Of a DNA stretch of 64,000 nucleotides, positions 1-9,830 are shown piece by piece. This DNA is from Limisphaerales bacterium (GTDB taxonomy: Bacteria; Verrucomicrobiota; Verrucomicrobiia; Limisphaerales; JAJOIW01). The stretch covers positions 341,520 to 405,519 of the forward strand of contig CBFHOE010000003.1 of the NCBI GenBank assembly GCA_965657355.1. Reading direction: 5' to 3'. The translations under genes were made by a program, and so were the position numbers. Position 1 is the first letter of the stretch. Every line of letters begins with the position of its first letter. The notes below the pieces were generated by a model, which did not search any database, was not told where the DNA came from, and worked only from the letters and a program-made list of their open reading frames with translations.

Positions 1-1174
1 AGATCCTTTTATTTCTTTTCTTTGTATACCACATAACACTTGATCCCATAACTCTATTATCTGGCACTTCAGGGGACCACAGGTCCCCGTGTTTATCCCA
101 GCCTTCACCAAATTCATTTTTTGATTCTCGACCGTAGCGAAATTCACAACCAGCCATGTAAGCCAGCCAAGCATCTCCGGATGTATCAATGAACTGATCT
201 GCAGAGAAATTTTTCAAAATTCCGTTGGCGGTTTCTACTGCTTTGACTGATACAATTCTGTTTCCTTTTTTTTCTGCGGCGACCATTGTGTGGCTCAGGA
301 AAATATCCACATTCTCAAGCGCATTCATGTTAGCCATACGTTTTTTGTCGGCTTTTAATGCTTCGGGTGAGGAATTAGGGTAATGAGGTGTGTCGATCAT
401 CTTGAGGATTTCCTCTGCTTTTGAATGGATTCCCTCCGTATGTACTCTAATTTCGCTGCTTGCATTACCTCCCAAAACAGGCCGGTTATGAATAAGGGCA
501 ACTTTCACTCCTTGTGAGTTCGCAGCAATAGCAGCTGCACAGCCTGAAATCCCTCCTCCGATAATGATGAGGTCATAATGCCCTTTATCAAAGGCAGAAG
601 AAGGGAGTCCTACTTTCTGTCTTCGCCATTTTGGGAGAATTTCTCTTTCAATCGGCGGTCTATCATTTTTGTCCGGGCTAAAATATATAGCCGAGCATCT
701 TCCTTCAAATCCAGTCAGGTCTTTCAATGAAATGGAGTTATTTAGCTCATCTTTTTTGATTTCAATTTGGCCACCGTATTGCCATGCCCACCCCTCTTTG
801 GTTCCAAAAGTTTCTGGTAATGGCTTATTATTGACAAGGATTTGGAATTTTCCGGGGGCTTCCCAATTTCCCGGGCACCAATCTTTGGTCAGTACCCAAG
901 CATGGTATTTGCCTTTTTTGGGGAATTTAATTTGACCGGTCGCATCATCTACAGGTTTTCCGAGCCCATGTGCCAATAAATAACTAAATCCTAAATGGTT
1001 CTCGAACTGGTTATCTAACATCCAGCCACCGAGATTTTCAAAATGGGCAGTTTCTACCAAAACAGATTCTGTATCTGTGGATTGAGCCGCTTTACCAAAT
1101 AAAGGGTGCATTGATAAGGCAGCAGCAGATGCCACGCTCATATCCTTAAAAAAGCTTCTTCGTGTCTTACTCAT
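1..1174 (-). CDS. Tat-exported FAD-dependent oxidoreductase (FAD_oxidored-like); 3' end runs off the window
   Basis: Absent from the ORF track and translated by hand from the ATG at 1174: MSKTRRSFFKDMSVASAAAL (twin-arginine signal), later HYDLIIIGGGISGCAAAIAA...VLGGNASSEIRV (Rossmann GxGxxG and GG motif). Confidence 0.85.
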   Translation of the reverse strand, partial: MSKTRRSFFKDMSVASAAALSMHPLFGKAAQSTDTESVLVETAHFENLGGWMLDNQFENHLGFSYLLAHGLGKPVDDATGQIKFPKKGKYHAWVLTKDWCPGNWEAPGKFQILVNNKPLPETFGTKEGWAWQYGGQIEIKKDELNNSISLKDLTGFEGRCSAIYFSPDKNDRPPIEREILPKWRRQKVGLPSSAFDKGHYDLIIIGGGISGCAAAIAANSQGVKVALIHNRPVLGGNASSEIRVHTEGIHSKAEEILKMIDTPHYPNSSPEALKADKKRMANMNALENVDIFLSHTMVAAEKKGNRIVSVKAVETANGILKNFSADQFIDTSGDAWLAYMAGCEFRYGRESKNEFGEGWDKHGDLWSPEVPDNRVMGSSVMWYTKKRNKRI

Positions 1175-1387
1175 ATCCGTAAAAGTTCAATTTCCTAATG
1201 CGCTATTCTTCTTAGATCCGGACAGCGCACAAGTCGATTGTGTTATTAAGTGTATGGCCTTTATGAATTAATGGAGGGAAATTTCAATAAAAATGTCCCT
1301 CTTTGATCTTTGTTTAATGAGGATTCTATTTTCTATTGATGTTAGAGGTTTTCAAAAATAGCCATTAGGTTATATTCGCCATTCCTC

Positions 1388-2425
1388 ATGAAAAAACTAA
1401 GCGTAGGCATTATTGGGTATGGTTGGGCTGCTGGGGCTCACATAGAAGCAATTAATAATTCAGGCCTTGCGGAAGTCCGTTCTATTTTCTCTTCCCGCGA
1501 ATTAGATTCTGACGAGGTCTCCCAAAAGCATGGCCCTGGTTTGCAAGTTCATACAGATCTAAAGGAATTCCTTATGGATGAAACTTTAGACGTCGTTTCA
1601 ATAACCAGTCATCCATGGAAACACAGGGAGCAAGCAGAATTAGCCGCTCTTGCGGGTAAGCATATAATTCTTGAAAAGCCAATGTCACTTTCTTTGGAGG
1701 ATTGCCAATCCTTGTCAAAAGTTATTCGGGAAACTGGAGTTGGATTCTGTTTATGTTTTGAGTGCCGTTTTTCAAGCCAGTTTAAAGCGACTAAATCTAT
1801 TATTGACCAAGGTTTATTAGGGGATATCCATTATGGTGAAGTTGATTATTATCATGGGATTGGCCCATGGTACGGGCAATATTCTTGGAATGTAAAAAAA
1901 GATGGGGGCTGCAGTTCGCTACTTTCAGCTGGGTGTCATGCCCTTGACGCACTTCTTTACTGCATGGGGGGAGAAGTGGAGACAGTGTCTAGCTATTCTA
2001 CAAAATCTCGAAATGACGATTTTTCCAAATATGAATACGACACAACCTCCGTCACCATTTTAAAATTCACCGACGGAAGAGTTGGAAAGACTTCTTCTGT
2101 AATTGATTGTATTCAGCCGTATTATTTTCATACTCATTTAGTTGGCAGTCAGGGGAGTCTTTTGGACAATAAAATCCATACAGAAAAAATCCACGGACTT
2201 AATAAAAATAAATGGGGGCATCTCAACTTCGGGCTAGTGGACTCCGGTGACGTCGCTGATCATCCTTATCAAAGTCAGTTTACCATTTTTTTTCAAAAAA
2301 TTCTCGCAGGTGAGCCCATGGTCGAGACAGGTCTTGATGGTGCCATGAAAACGCATAATGTGATTTTTGCTGCGGATCTCTCAGCCGAAGAAGGAAAGCC
2401 GATTTCCATTCAGAGTTTAGTTTGA
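1388..2425 (+). CDS. Gfo/Idh/MocA family NAD(P)-dependent oxidoreductase (cytoplasmic)
   Basis: VGIIGYGWAA Rossmann motif, HIILEKP, and GCHALD catalytic region. Confidence 0.93.
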   Translation: MKKLSVGIIGYGWAAGAHIEAINNSGLAEVRSIFSSRELDSDEVSQKHGPGLQVHTDLKEFLMDETLDVVSITSHPWKHREQAELAALAGKHIILEKPMSLSLEDCQSLSKVIRETGVGFCLCFECRFSSQFKATKSIIDQGLLGDIHYGEVDYYHGIGPWYGQYSWNVKKDGGCSSLLSAGCHALDALLYCMGGEVETVSSYSTKSRNDDFSKYEYDTTSVTILKFTDGRVGKTSSVIDCIQPYYFHTHLVGSQGSLLDNKIHTEKIHGLNKNKWGHLNFGLVDSGDVADHPYQSQFTIFFQKILAGEPMVETGLDGAMKTHNVIFAADLSAEEGKPISIQSLV

Positions 2426-2440
2426 GATAAATATTTTCGA

Positions 2441-3211
2441 ATGAAGAAGGTTGCCTTAGCTATAGCTGCTCATCCTGATGACATTGAGTTTGTGATGTCA
2501 GGTACACTGATGTTGCTTCGCAAATCTGGGTTTGAAATCCATTACCTCAATCTTTCCTCAGGGAATTTGGGGAGCAATACGTTATCGGAGTCCGATATCA
2601 AAGAGGTCAGAGCTGAAGAGTCTCGCTCCTCAGCGTTGCTCATGGGCGCGACTTGGCATCCTCCATTTTTGAATGATCTTGAAATCGTATATCATATAAA
2701 CTACCTCCGTGAACTTTCAGCGCTGATTCGTTCAATAAAGCCTACTATTTTGTTGACCCACTCTCCGCAGGACTACATGGAAGATCATATGTGTACTTCA
2801 AGGTTAGCAGTGACAGCTGCATTTTCTCGGGGTATGCCCAATTTTAAAACCCTACCTCCCAAAAGCCACTTCGATGCTCCTATTGCGATCTACCATTCTC
2901 AACCGCATATGAATAGAGATCAAATGGGTGAGTTTATTGAACCAAAATTTGGAGTTGATGTGTCGTCGGTAATAGCAGAAAAAAGAGAGTCGCTCTTATC
3001 ACATAAAAGTCAAAAAGATTGGCTGGATGCCAGCCAGGGAATCGATTCCTACATCAATACTATGGAATCAAATTTGAAAGAGGTGGGCAAGTCTCTGCAT
3101 GTTGATGGATTTGTAGAAGGGTGGAGGCCACACTCTCATTTTGGGTATTGTGATTCTAACTTTAAACCATTAGAAAAAGCCCTGAAACCTTATCTTATAA
3201 ATAGAAATTAA
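2441..3211 (+). CDS. PIG-L/LmbE family metal-dependent deacetylase
   Basis: AAHPDDIE motif, R-x-x-E, and THSPQDYMEDH second metal-ligand motif. Confidence 0.93.
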   Translation: MKKVALAIAAHPDDIEFVMSGTLMLLRKSGFEIHYLNLSSGNLGSNTLSESDIKEVRAEESRSSALLMGATWHPPFLNDLEIVYHINYLRELSALIRSIKPTILLTHSPQDYMEDHMCTSRLAVTAAFSRGMPNFKTLPPKSHFDAPIAIYHSQPHMNRDQMGEFIEPKFGVDVSSVIAEKRESLLSHKSQKDWLDASQGIDSYINTMESNLKEVGKSLHVDGFVEGWRPHSHFGYCDSNFKPLEKALKPYLINRN

Positions 3212-3220
3212 TATATTCAT

Positions 3221-4153
3221 ATGGCTCGAAAAATCAGTTCCGTCGCACCGGGGTGGTGGGATTATACCACATTAGATAGCGATCTTATTCGAGATGCCGC
3301 TGCTCTGACACCAGCTAAAATGAAGAAGCTCTCAAGGCCTGGGTTTTCCGTTGTGATGTACGATACCTTGGAAGAATTTTATTTAGCAGAAGCCTTGGAA
3401 TACATTCATGCATGGAAACAGTCGACAGCCGATAACCCAGTTGGTATTTGTGGGCCAATAGGTCCCACCGAACAGCTTCCTCTTGTTGCTAGAATCATTA
3501 ATGACTTGGACCTCGACCTGAGGTCAGGGCATTTTTGGGGAATGGATGAATGGGTTGTTGATGGAAAGTCAGTGCCATCAAACCATCCTTTGTCTTTTGA
3601 GAAAGCAGATAGGGAGCTGTGTTTTAGTCGGATAAAGAAGAAGCTTCAGTTCCCGAATTCCCACCTTCATTTTCCCTCGTCAGATATAACTTCATTCAAA
3701 CAGACATGGCAATCTGGTGTTAAATGCGCCTTGATGCAGGGAGGGCAGGGAGATGTTAAGCACTGGGCATTCAATGACCCACTTCCGAGAAAGGGGAAGT
3801 GGAAAGATACCCCACCCACATTTGAAGCTTATTCCAAACTTGGAACTCGAGTTGTAAACTTACATCCTCTGACCATATCTCAAAATGCCAGAACCAGTGG
3901 TGGGGGAAATATTTCACTGGTCCCATCACAAGCGGTGACTGTTGGGCCTCAAGAAACCTGGATGTCTGAAAAAGTGTCTATCTGGCATGCTGGATGTCAT
4001 GATAATGCTTTTGGGCAAAGGTTGACTTGTCTTATGATATCCGAAGGATTACTGGATTCCAGCGTTCCCATGTCTCTATTGGCCAACCACCCGAATGTCC
4101 AATTCAATTATCTTATTTCGGGTATCGGAACATGCTCTGTAGAAATGCATTAG
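3221..4153 (+). CDS. Glucosamine-6-phosphate deaminase/isomerase-like protein (divergent NagB family)
   Basis: GMDEW (compare NMDEY), KHWAFNDP (compare GHIAFNEP), and C-terminal [11 protein letters not shown]. Confidence 0.82.
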   Translation: MARKISSVAPGWWDYTTLDSDLIRDAAALTPAKMKKLSRPGFSVVMYDTLEEFYLAEALEYIHAWKQSTADNPVGICGPIGPTEQLPLVARIINDLDLDLRSGHFWGMDEWVVDGKSVPSNHPLSFEKADRELCFSRIKKKLQFPNSHLHFPSSDITSFKQTWQSGVKCALMQGGQGDVKHWAFNDPLPRKGKWKDTPPTFEAYSKLGTRVVNLHPLTISQNARTSGGGNISLVPSQAVTVGPQETWMSEKVSIWHAGCHDNAFGQRLTCLMISEGLLDSSVPMSLLANHPNVQFNYLISGIGTCSVEMH

Positions 4154-4291
4154 GAAGAAATGGGAGGACTTTTCGTCGAAAGTTTATGAAATAGGAGTTT
4201 GACCCCCTTGTTTTTCATACGAAAATAGATTACTTAATCTATATCATCACGTCTGCCGGGACATGATCTAAACCATAAAATAACCAACTAA

Positions 4292-5089
4292 ATGCATATC
4301 CATCCATCAGGAAAACGATTAAAAGGTTTTACTCTTATTGAACTTCTTGTAGTCATTGCCATCATTGCCATATTGGCTAGCATGATGCTTCCTGCTCTTG
4401 CCAAGGCCAAAGAGGCAGGTAGATCAGCTAAATGTAAAAGCAACCTTCGTCAGATCAGCATGGGGATGGTCATGTATGCTGAAGACAGTCAGGATACTTT
4501 GCCATGGGCTGGTGGTGTCGATCGAAACCTTCAGCCTGACTGGGTTTGGGGTGGGCACAGAATGAGCAACCCAAATGATCAAAGGCAGTGGAGTCGTTCA
4601 AATTGGGCTTTGCATGCCGAATCTGGTTCCATATTTAATTATGTAACTGGTCTTCCTCGTGTTCTTCCAAAAGCTGGCAGAAGGGATACAGATTTTTATA
4701 CGCGAACACATGACGTTTATCGTTGCCCAAGTACCGGTGAGTTGGGGCGATCTAGACGTGTTAATTTTAGCATGAACGCCTGGATTGACCCGGATCGCCG
4801 ATTAAAAAATGGCAGAGTGGGCAAAAGAGGCGTTGAATTACTCAAAGTAAAAAGGCCCGTTTCCAAGCTTATGGTTTTAGATGAATCTCCAGAGACCATG
4901 CATAATGCCAGTTTCTTTCCTGGTGGCTCCGCTTCACGAGGAAACTTTACCTACCACAATGGAAAAATTAATATGGGTTTCATGGACGGGCACGTCGAGT
5001 CCATGAGGCATGAAAATGTCATGAAGATCCAACGCGACACAACCCGTGGTCACTACAATCGCTACCGCTTTTTCGATCCATATTATTGA
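4292..5089 (+). CDS. Prepilin-type N-terminal cleavage/methylation protein with H-X9-DG C-terminal motif (DUF1559-like)
   Basis: [27 protein letters not shown]-x-SNLRQI, and [13 protein letters not shown]. Confidence 0.93.
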   Translation: MHIHPSGKRLKGFTLIELLVVIAIIAILASMMLPALAKAKEAGRSAKCKSNLRQISMGMVMYAEDSQDTLPWAGGVDRNLQPDWVWGGHRMSNPNDQRQWSRSNWALHAESGSIFNYVTGLPRVLPKAGRRDTDFYTRTHDVYRCPSTGELGRSRRVNFSMNAWIDPDRRLKNGRVGKRGVELLKVKRPVSKLMVLDESPETMHNASFFPGGSASRGNFTYHNGKINMGFMDGHVESMRHENVMKIQRDTTRGHYNRYRFFDPYY

Positions 5090-6604
5090 TTATCTAAATC
5101 TAGAATAATCACCATTTTGGATTTCCTTGAATTGGGACTCCATTTTTTTTGCGATTTGGGGAAAATCATCAATTAGGTTTACTTGTTCCCTTGGATCATT
5201 GTTTAAATCGTATAGTTGCCATTTCCCTTGAAATGGTTTTGAAGAGGGTTTTTCTCTTCCACCTGAACCTTCACTAAGAATGAGTTTCATGGAGCCATAC
5301 CTGATTGCGAATGTCCCGTTAGCCGAGTGATTGATCACCGGCGGTCTGAGTGCTTTCGATTCTTTCTCCAAAAGATCATCCAAAAAGCTAAAGCTGTCGT
5401 CCGCAGCTGATTCTTCGAGCTTGGTGTTTAAAATTTCGGCCAGTGTTGCTAGAATATCCACATGGCAAGTTGTTCTTTCAGAGATTGAGCCACCCCTTAC
5501 GGTTCCTGGCCATTTGACTAGGAAGGGTACTCTGTGTCCTCCTTCAAATACGTCTGCTTTAGTTCCTCTGAAGATAAAATTAGAGCGATGGTTTGTCTCA
5601 TTATATGCTTGAATTGTTTCATCAGAAACATGGTCCTCGGTCTCTGAAAAATTTTTCCTATACATAAATGAGCCATTATCACTGGTGAAGATCACAATCG
5701 TGTTATTCTCGATTTTATTCTTTTTAACTGCATTTAAAATTTGTCCGACCGTCCAATCAGTTTGGATTATAAAATCTCCATAAAGTCCAAGACCTGATTT
5801 TCCAACAAACCTATCAGCAGGTAGAACCGGCTTATGAGGCGATGTGAGTGGGATATAGAGAAAGAATGGTTTGCTCTTCTCTACTGATGTTGAAATAAAA
5901 TCGGAAGCCTTTGATGCTATTTGGTCCAGTATTTTGACGGCATGAAAGTCTGGCGATCTTTCTCCTTTTCTGAGAAAGCCAGGAAATCTAATGGCTGATT
6001 GGTTCGCTGAAGGGAATTGTTCAATTCTATCATTTTTTACCCAGACATACGGGGGGAAGTCCAGGGAAGCGGGTATGACTTCCGAATGGCTGAATCCATT
6101 CACATTCGGTGAATTGCCGATGGGTTTCGAGAAGTCGAATTTATTCGGGCTCTTTTTAGATTTAGCAAAGTTCAAACCTAGGTGCCATTTTCCAATAACA
6201 CCCGTCCTGTATCCTTCATTCCTGAAAAGGTCCGCAAGGGTAAATCTGTTTGGATCAATTAATGATTTTGAATAGCCATTAAGAACACCTCGTTTGAGAT
6301 TTGTTCTCCAGCAATACCTTCCCGTCACGAGTCCGTAGCGGGTGGGCGTGCAAACCGCAGATGGAGAATGAGCGTCAATGAATCTCATTCCTGATTTTGC
6401 TAGTCCATCCAGATTGGGAGTTGGTATTTTTGAGTGTGGGTTAAGACTTTGGATATCTCCATACCCCATATCATCAGCTAGAATAACAACAACATTCGGT
6501 CGGTCATTATAAGATTTACTCCACCCATAGTTTGTGTAAATAAAAAGAGTCAATGCGGTTATCACCACGCTAGCGACTCTCATAAGTGTTTTGTCCTGAT
6601 TCAT
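5090..6604 (-). CDS. Arylsulfatase (Cys-type, formylglycine-dependent), secreted
   Basis: PNVVVILADDMGYGD, CTPTR signature, GKWHLG, FTSDNG, and an N-terminal signal peptide. Confidence 0.95.
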   Translation of the reverse strand: MNQDKTLMRVASVVITALTLFIYTNYGWSKSYNDRPNVVVILADDMGYGDIQSLNPHSKIPTPNLDGLAKSGMRFIDAHSPSAVCTPTRYGLVTGRYCWRTNLKRGVLNGYSKSLIDPNRFTLADLFRNEGYRTGVIGKWHLGLNFAKSKKSPNKFDFSKPIGNSPNVNGFSHSEVIPASLDFPPYVWVKNDRIEQFPSANQSAIRFPGFLRKGERSPDFHAVKILDQIASKASDFISTSVEKSKPFFLYIPLTSPHKPVLPADRFVGKSGLGLYGDFIIQTDWTVGQILNAVKKNKIENNTIVIFTSDNGSFMYRKNFSETEDHVSDETIQAYNETNHRSNFIFRGTKADVFEGGHRVPFLVKWPGTVRGGSISERTTCHVDILATLAEILNTKLEESAADDSFSFLDDLLEKESKALRPPVINHSANGTFAIRYGSMKLILSEGSGGREKPSSKPFQGKWQLYDLNNDPREQVNLIDDFPQIAKKMESQFKEIQNGDYSRFR

Positions 6605-6798
6605 TTTAATTTTGATAATATTCCAATTCCGAAAAGTGATATTGAGGCCGCAATGAGTGATAAGCCCCCCCTCGCACCGCCTGAGAGAAGGCCCAATACG
6701 AGCCCTAATGCAGCAACAATAATTAGACCAGCTCGAGCTAGTTTATACATCTCATGAGGATCTGAGTCTTTTAAGAATTCTTCCCACTTTTTATTCAT
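6601..6798 (-). CDS. Small two-TM membrane protein, hypothetical
   Basis: 65 aa with two hydrophobic helices. It fills the gap between GH32 and the sulfatase and overlaps the sulfatase start by 4 bp (ATGA). Confidence 0.6.
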   Translation of the reverse strand: MNKKWEEFLKDSDPHEMYKLARAGLIIVAALGLVLGLLSGGARGGLSLIAASISLFGIGILSKLK

Positions 6799-6814
6799 AC
6801 AATTAGAACTTTCT

Positions 6815-8860
6815 TCAGTCCTTTATACCCATAGATTGTTTTAGTTTCCAGACATGAAGATCTAGTAGTCTGGTTTTTTCATCTCCCGAAAACGTAATTG
6901 GTGTTCCCCTATCTACTGGAAAAACACGAGAGGTAATCGTTTGTAATCCATCATTGAGAAATATCTCAATTGAAGAATTATCGACCACTGCCTTCATATG
7001 GATACGTTTATTGGAGCCTTCCAAAGGAATTTGAGTTCGACTCGGGAATCGAGGGTGAAATGAAACATTTCCTGATTGTGATCTATCGAACTCAACCATC
7101 CTGCCCATATGATCAATTTCAAGAATAGTCTTTTGAGTATTGTGGTTAAAAAATGAAATTCTAACTGGTTCGGTAGAATGCCTCGGCACAAGAGTAGCGG
7201 ATACTTCAAATGGTGGCTGGAGATCGACAAATTGATTTTTGATAAATTGATTCGCTTCATTTACAGTTGCGTGATCTAAACTCTTGCCCGATCTTCTGAG
7301 GCCAAAAAATTCGGCGGGCAGTGATTGTTGAAGTCGAAGGTTTTTCCCTTTTCCGGATACCACCCACTGACGCGGTAAGCTCATTGCGCTGCGCCAAGGC
7401 GCTACTGGTAGGTTATTTGCATATTCCCAATTGGACATCCAACCCAATGATAATCTTCTGCCATCTGATTCTGGTATGTCTGACCATGTCACTGTAGCAT
7501 AATAATCTTTGCCGTAGTCCAGCCACAGAGGTTTGTTGATATTGGTTATGGGCCTAAATGTCCTGCCATCAAATTTGCCAATAAAGTATTGTCCCCCTGA
7601 ACCACCGGCATAACTCCCCGGATTAAGATTTACAATAAGAACCCAATGCTCATTGCCATCCCCATCTTGGAGCGGAAATAAGTCGGGGCATTCCCATATA
7701 CCATCAATCGCACCTGCTGGTCCAAACTCTGAAAGAAAAAGCCATTTTTTAAGGTCTTTGGATTTGTAGAAGACCACTTTTTTTTCTAGGGGAAGGCATA
7801 CCGTCATAATCCAACATTTTTCATGGTCATACCAAATAACTTTTGGGTCCCTGAAGTTTTCCATCTTATGGTCCAATACCGGGTTCTTGTCATATTTAGT
7901 CCAGGTTCTGCCTTTATCCAAGCTGTAGGCAATATGTTGGTTTTGTAGTCCATGCCCCAGGTTCGTGTAATGGCCAGTGTAAATGGCAACCATTGGTGGG
8001 TGTGGATCTTTATTTTTCTGAAATCCGGTGGTGTTATTCCAATCAATGACTGCGCTCCCAGAAAATATCATGACACCATCCTCTTCGAGAAGTGCAACTG
8101 GGAGGTGCTTCCAATGAAATAAATCTGAGCTGACGGCGTGGCCCCAACTCATGTGTCCCCATTTTTGTCCAAACGGATTGTATTGATAAAAAAGATGGAA
8201 TTCACCATCGTAATACACCATTCCATTTGGGTCATTCATCCAATTGATTTGAGGTGTGAAGTGAATGCCTGGGCGCCAGATTTCTTTGTAATAGCCAATT
8301 GAAGAAGCGTATTCGTCTAAGCTCCAAGGTGTTTTACCTTTTTGTTTTGGGGTGTCACAAAAAATTATTTGATCAATATTGATATGGCCCCATCCATCTT
8401 TTTTTGAGTCTAGAATTCTTACCCTAGCCAGCTGCCCTTTAAGGTCTTTTACATTCCAGTTTTTCCAATCCAAAAATTCATCATCATTACCTGTTGCTGA
8501 GCGTACAATTTTATTATCTATCCATAATTCTATGCAGGTTTGATTTACATGAGCTCCTCCACCAATTTTGAAAGAAATGTTGTCTTTGGAAATTGTGAAT
8601 TCGCGAGACAATAGAGAACCGACAGATTTATCCCCCTGAAAGAATGAGTTTACCAACCTCTTGCCGATAAAGCCTGTGACAGGATTTTGATTTTCCATGG
8701 TGCCCCTTGAAGGGGAATCTCCAAAAGCACTTCCCGTGATTTGCCAACCGTTGTAGATCCCCGATTCGAAGTTTTCAAAAACCTCATCTTCTGCTCGAAG
8801 GTCTTGACCGGTAAGACAGGTGGTGAAACAAATGCAAGAGAAGAGCTGACTAAGTTTCAT
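6815..8860 (-). CDS. GH32 levanase/beta-fructofuranosidase with an N-terminal carbohydrate-binding (CBM38-like) module
   Basis: WMNDPNG, FSGS, FRDPKV and WECPD catalytic motifs; signal peptide; extra N-terminal beta-sandwich of about 150 aa ending in WGHINIDQIIF. Confidence 0.93.
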   Translation of the reverse strand: MKLSQLFSCICFTTCLTGQDLRAEDEVFENFESGIYNGWQITGSAFGDSPSRGTMENQNPVTGFIGKRLVNSFFQGDKSVGSLLSREFTISKDNISFKIGGGAHVNQTCIELWIDNKIVRSATGNDDEFLDWKNWNVKDLKGQLARVRILDSKKDGWGHINIDQIIFCDTPKQKGKTPWSLDEYASSIGYYKEIWRPGIHFTPQINWMNDPNGMVYYDGEFHLFYQYNPFGQKWGHMSWGHAVSSDLFHWKHLPVALLEEDGVMIFSGSAVIDWNNTTGFQKNKDPHPPMVAIYTGHYTNLGHGLQNQHIAYSLDKGRTWTKYDKNPVLDHKMENFRDPKVIWYDHEKCWIMTVCLPLEKKVVFYKSKDLKKWLFLSEFGPAGAIDGIWECPDLFPLQDGDGNEHWVLIVNLNPGSYAGGSGGQYFIGKFDGRTFRPITNINKPLWLDYGKDYYATVTWSDIPESDGRRLSLGWMSNWEYANNLPVAPWRSAMSLPRQWVVSGKGKNLRLQQSLPAEFFGLRRSGKSLDHATVNEANQFIKNQFVDLQPPFEVSATLVPRHSTEPVRISFFNHNTQKTILEIDHMGRMVEFDRSQSGNVSFHPRFPSRTQIPLEGSNKRIHMKAVVDNSSIEIFLNDGLQTITSRVFPVDRGTPITFSGDEKTRLLDLHVWKLKQSMGIKD

Positions 8861-8975
8861 GGTGCCTCAAACTAGTATTGGAATCTAATTCTGACAAATC
8901 AAAACTAATGAGCTTCATAAGGTGGGAAAAATATGCAATTTTGCTTGCCATGATCTGGTGTTTAGCTGAACTTCA

Positions 8976-9773
8976 ATGATTCTACCCCAGGTTAATAATA
9001 TGAATAAAATTTTTGTCTTAATTGTCGTGTTTCTAGTCTGCAGTTTGAGCCAGGCCCAAGATAAACCAGGTTATCGTGATACTCCGACCATTCCCGGTCA
9101 AAAATGGAAAGTTCATGATCCTGACAGGCCTCAACCCAATGTGGTTCAGCCAGGCAAATCATTCAGTGAAAATGCCAAGGCTCCATCCGATGCTCTCGTA
9201 CTTTTTGATGGGTCCAATTTAGACAAATGGAGGGGTGGAAAATGGAAGGTTCAAGACGGCTTCATGGAAGTCACAAAAGGTCAGATTTCCACAGACCTTC
9301 CATGGAGGGATTTTCAACTTCACCTCGAGTGGGCATCACCTGCAGTTGTAAAGGGTAATAGTCAAGGTCGAGGTAATAGTGGTTTGTTTCTTCCTGGCCG
9401 GCATGAAATTCAAATTTTGGATAGTTTTGAAAATCCAACTTATCCTGACGGGTCGGCTGGGTCCTTATATGGCCAGTGGCCACCCCTAGTTAATGCCTCG
9501 CGTGGGCCTGGAAAATGGCAAACTTACGATGTAATTTTCGAAGCCCCCAAATGGGACGCCAATGATAAACTTATTTCTCCAGGTTTCGTGACTCTTCTTC
9601 ACAATGGTGTTTTGGTTCATCACAAGAAAGCATACAACGGGCCAACAAGTCACAAAAGGGCATCGGATTACAAACGCGTCCAAAACAGTCGCACGATCTC
9701 TTTGCAAGACCATGGTAACCCGATGAAGTTTAGAAATATTTGGGCCAGATCCATCGATGCATACGATAACTAA
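8976..9773 (+). CDS. DUF1080 / 3-keto-disaccharide hydrolase family protein, secreted
   Basis: LFDGSNLDKW, DFQLHLEW, GNSG, EIQILD and LQDHGNPMKFRNIW motifs. The likely start is the ATG at 9000. Confidence 0.9.
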   Translation: MILPQVNNMNKIFVLIVVFLVCSLSQAQDKPGYRDTPTIPGQKWKVHDPDRPQPNVVQPGKSFSENAKAPSDALVLFDGSNLDKWRGGKWKVQDGFMEVTKGQISTDLPWRDFQLHLEWASPAVVKGNSQGRGNSGLFLPGRHEIQILDSFENPTYPDGSAGSLYGQWPPLVNASRGPGKWQTYDVIFEAPKWDANDKLISPGFVTLLHNGVLVHHKKAYNGPTSHKRASDYKRVQNSRTISLQDHGNPMKFRNIWARSIDAYDN

Positions 9774-9830
9774 TCTGTTCAAATTGGATAACGAGTCTTT
9801 TATTTCAATTTCTTAGCTGCATGACTTGAA

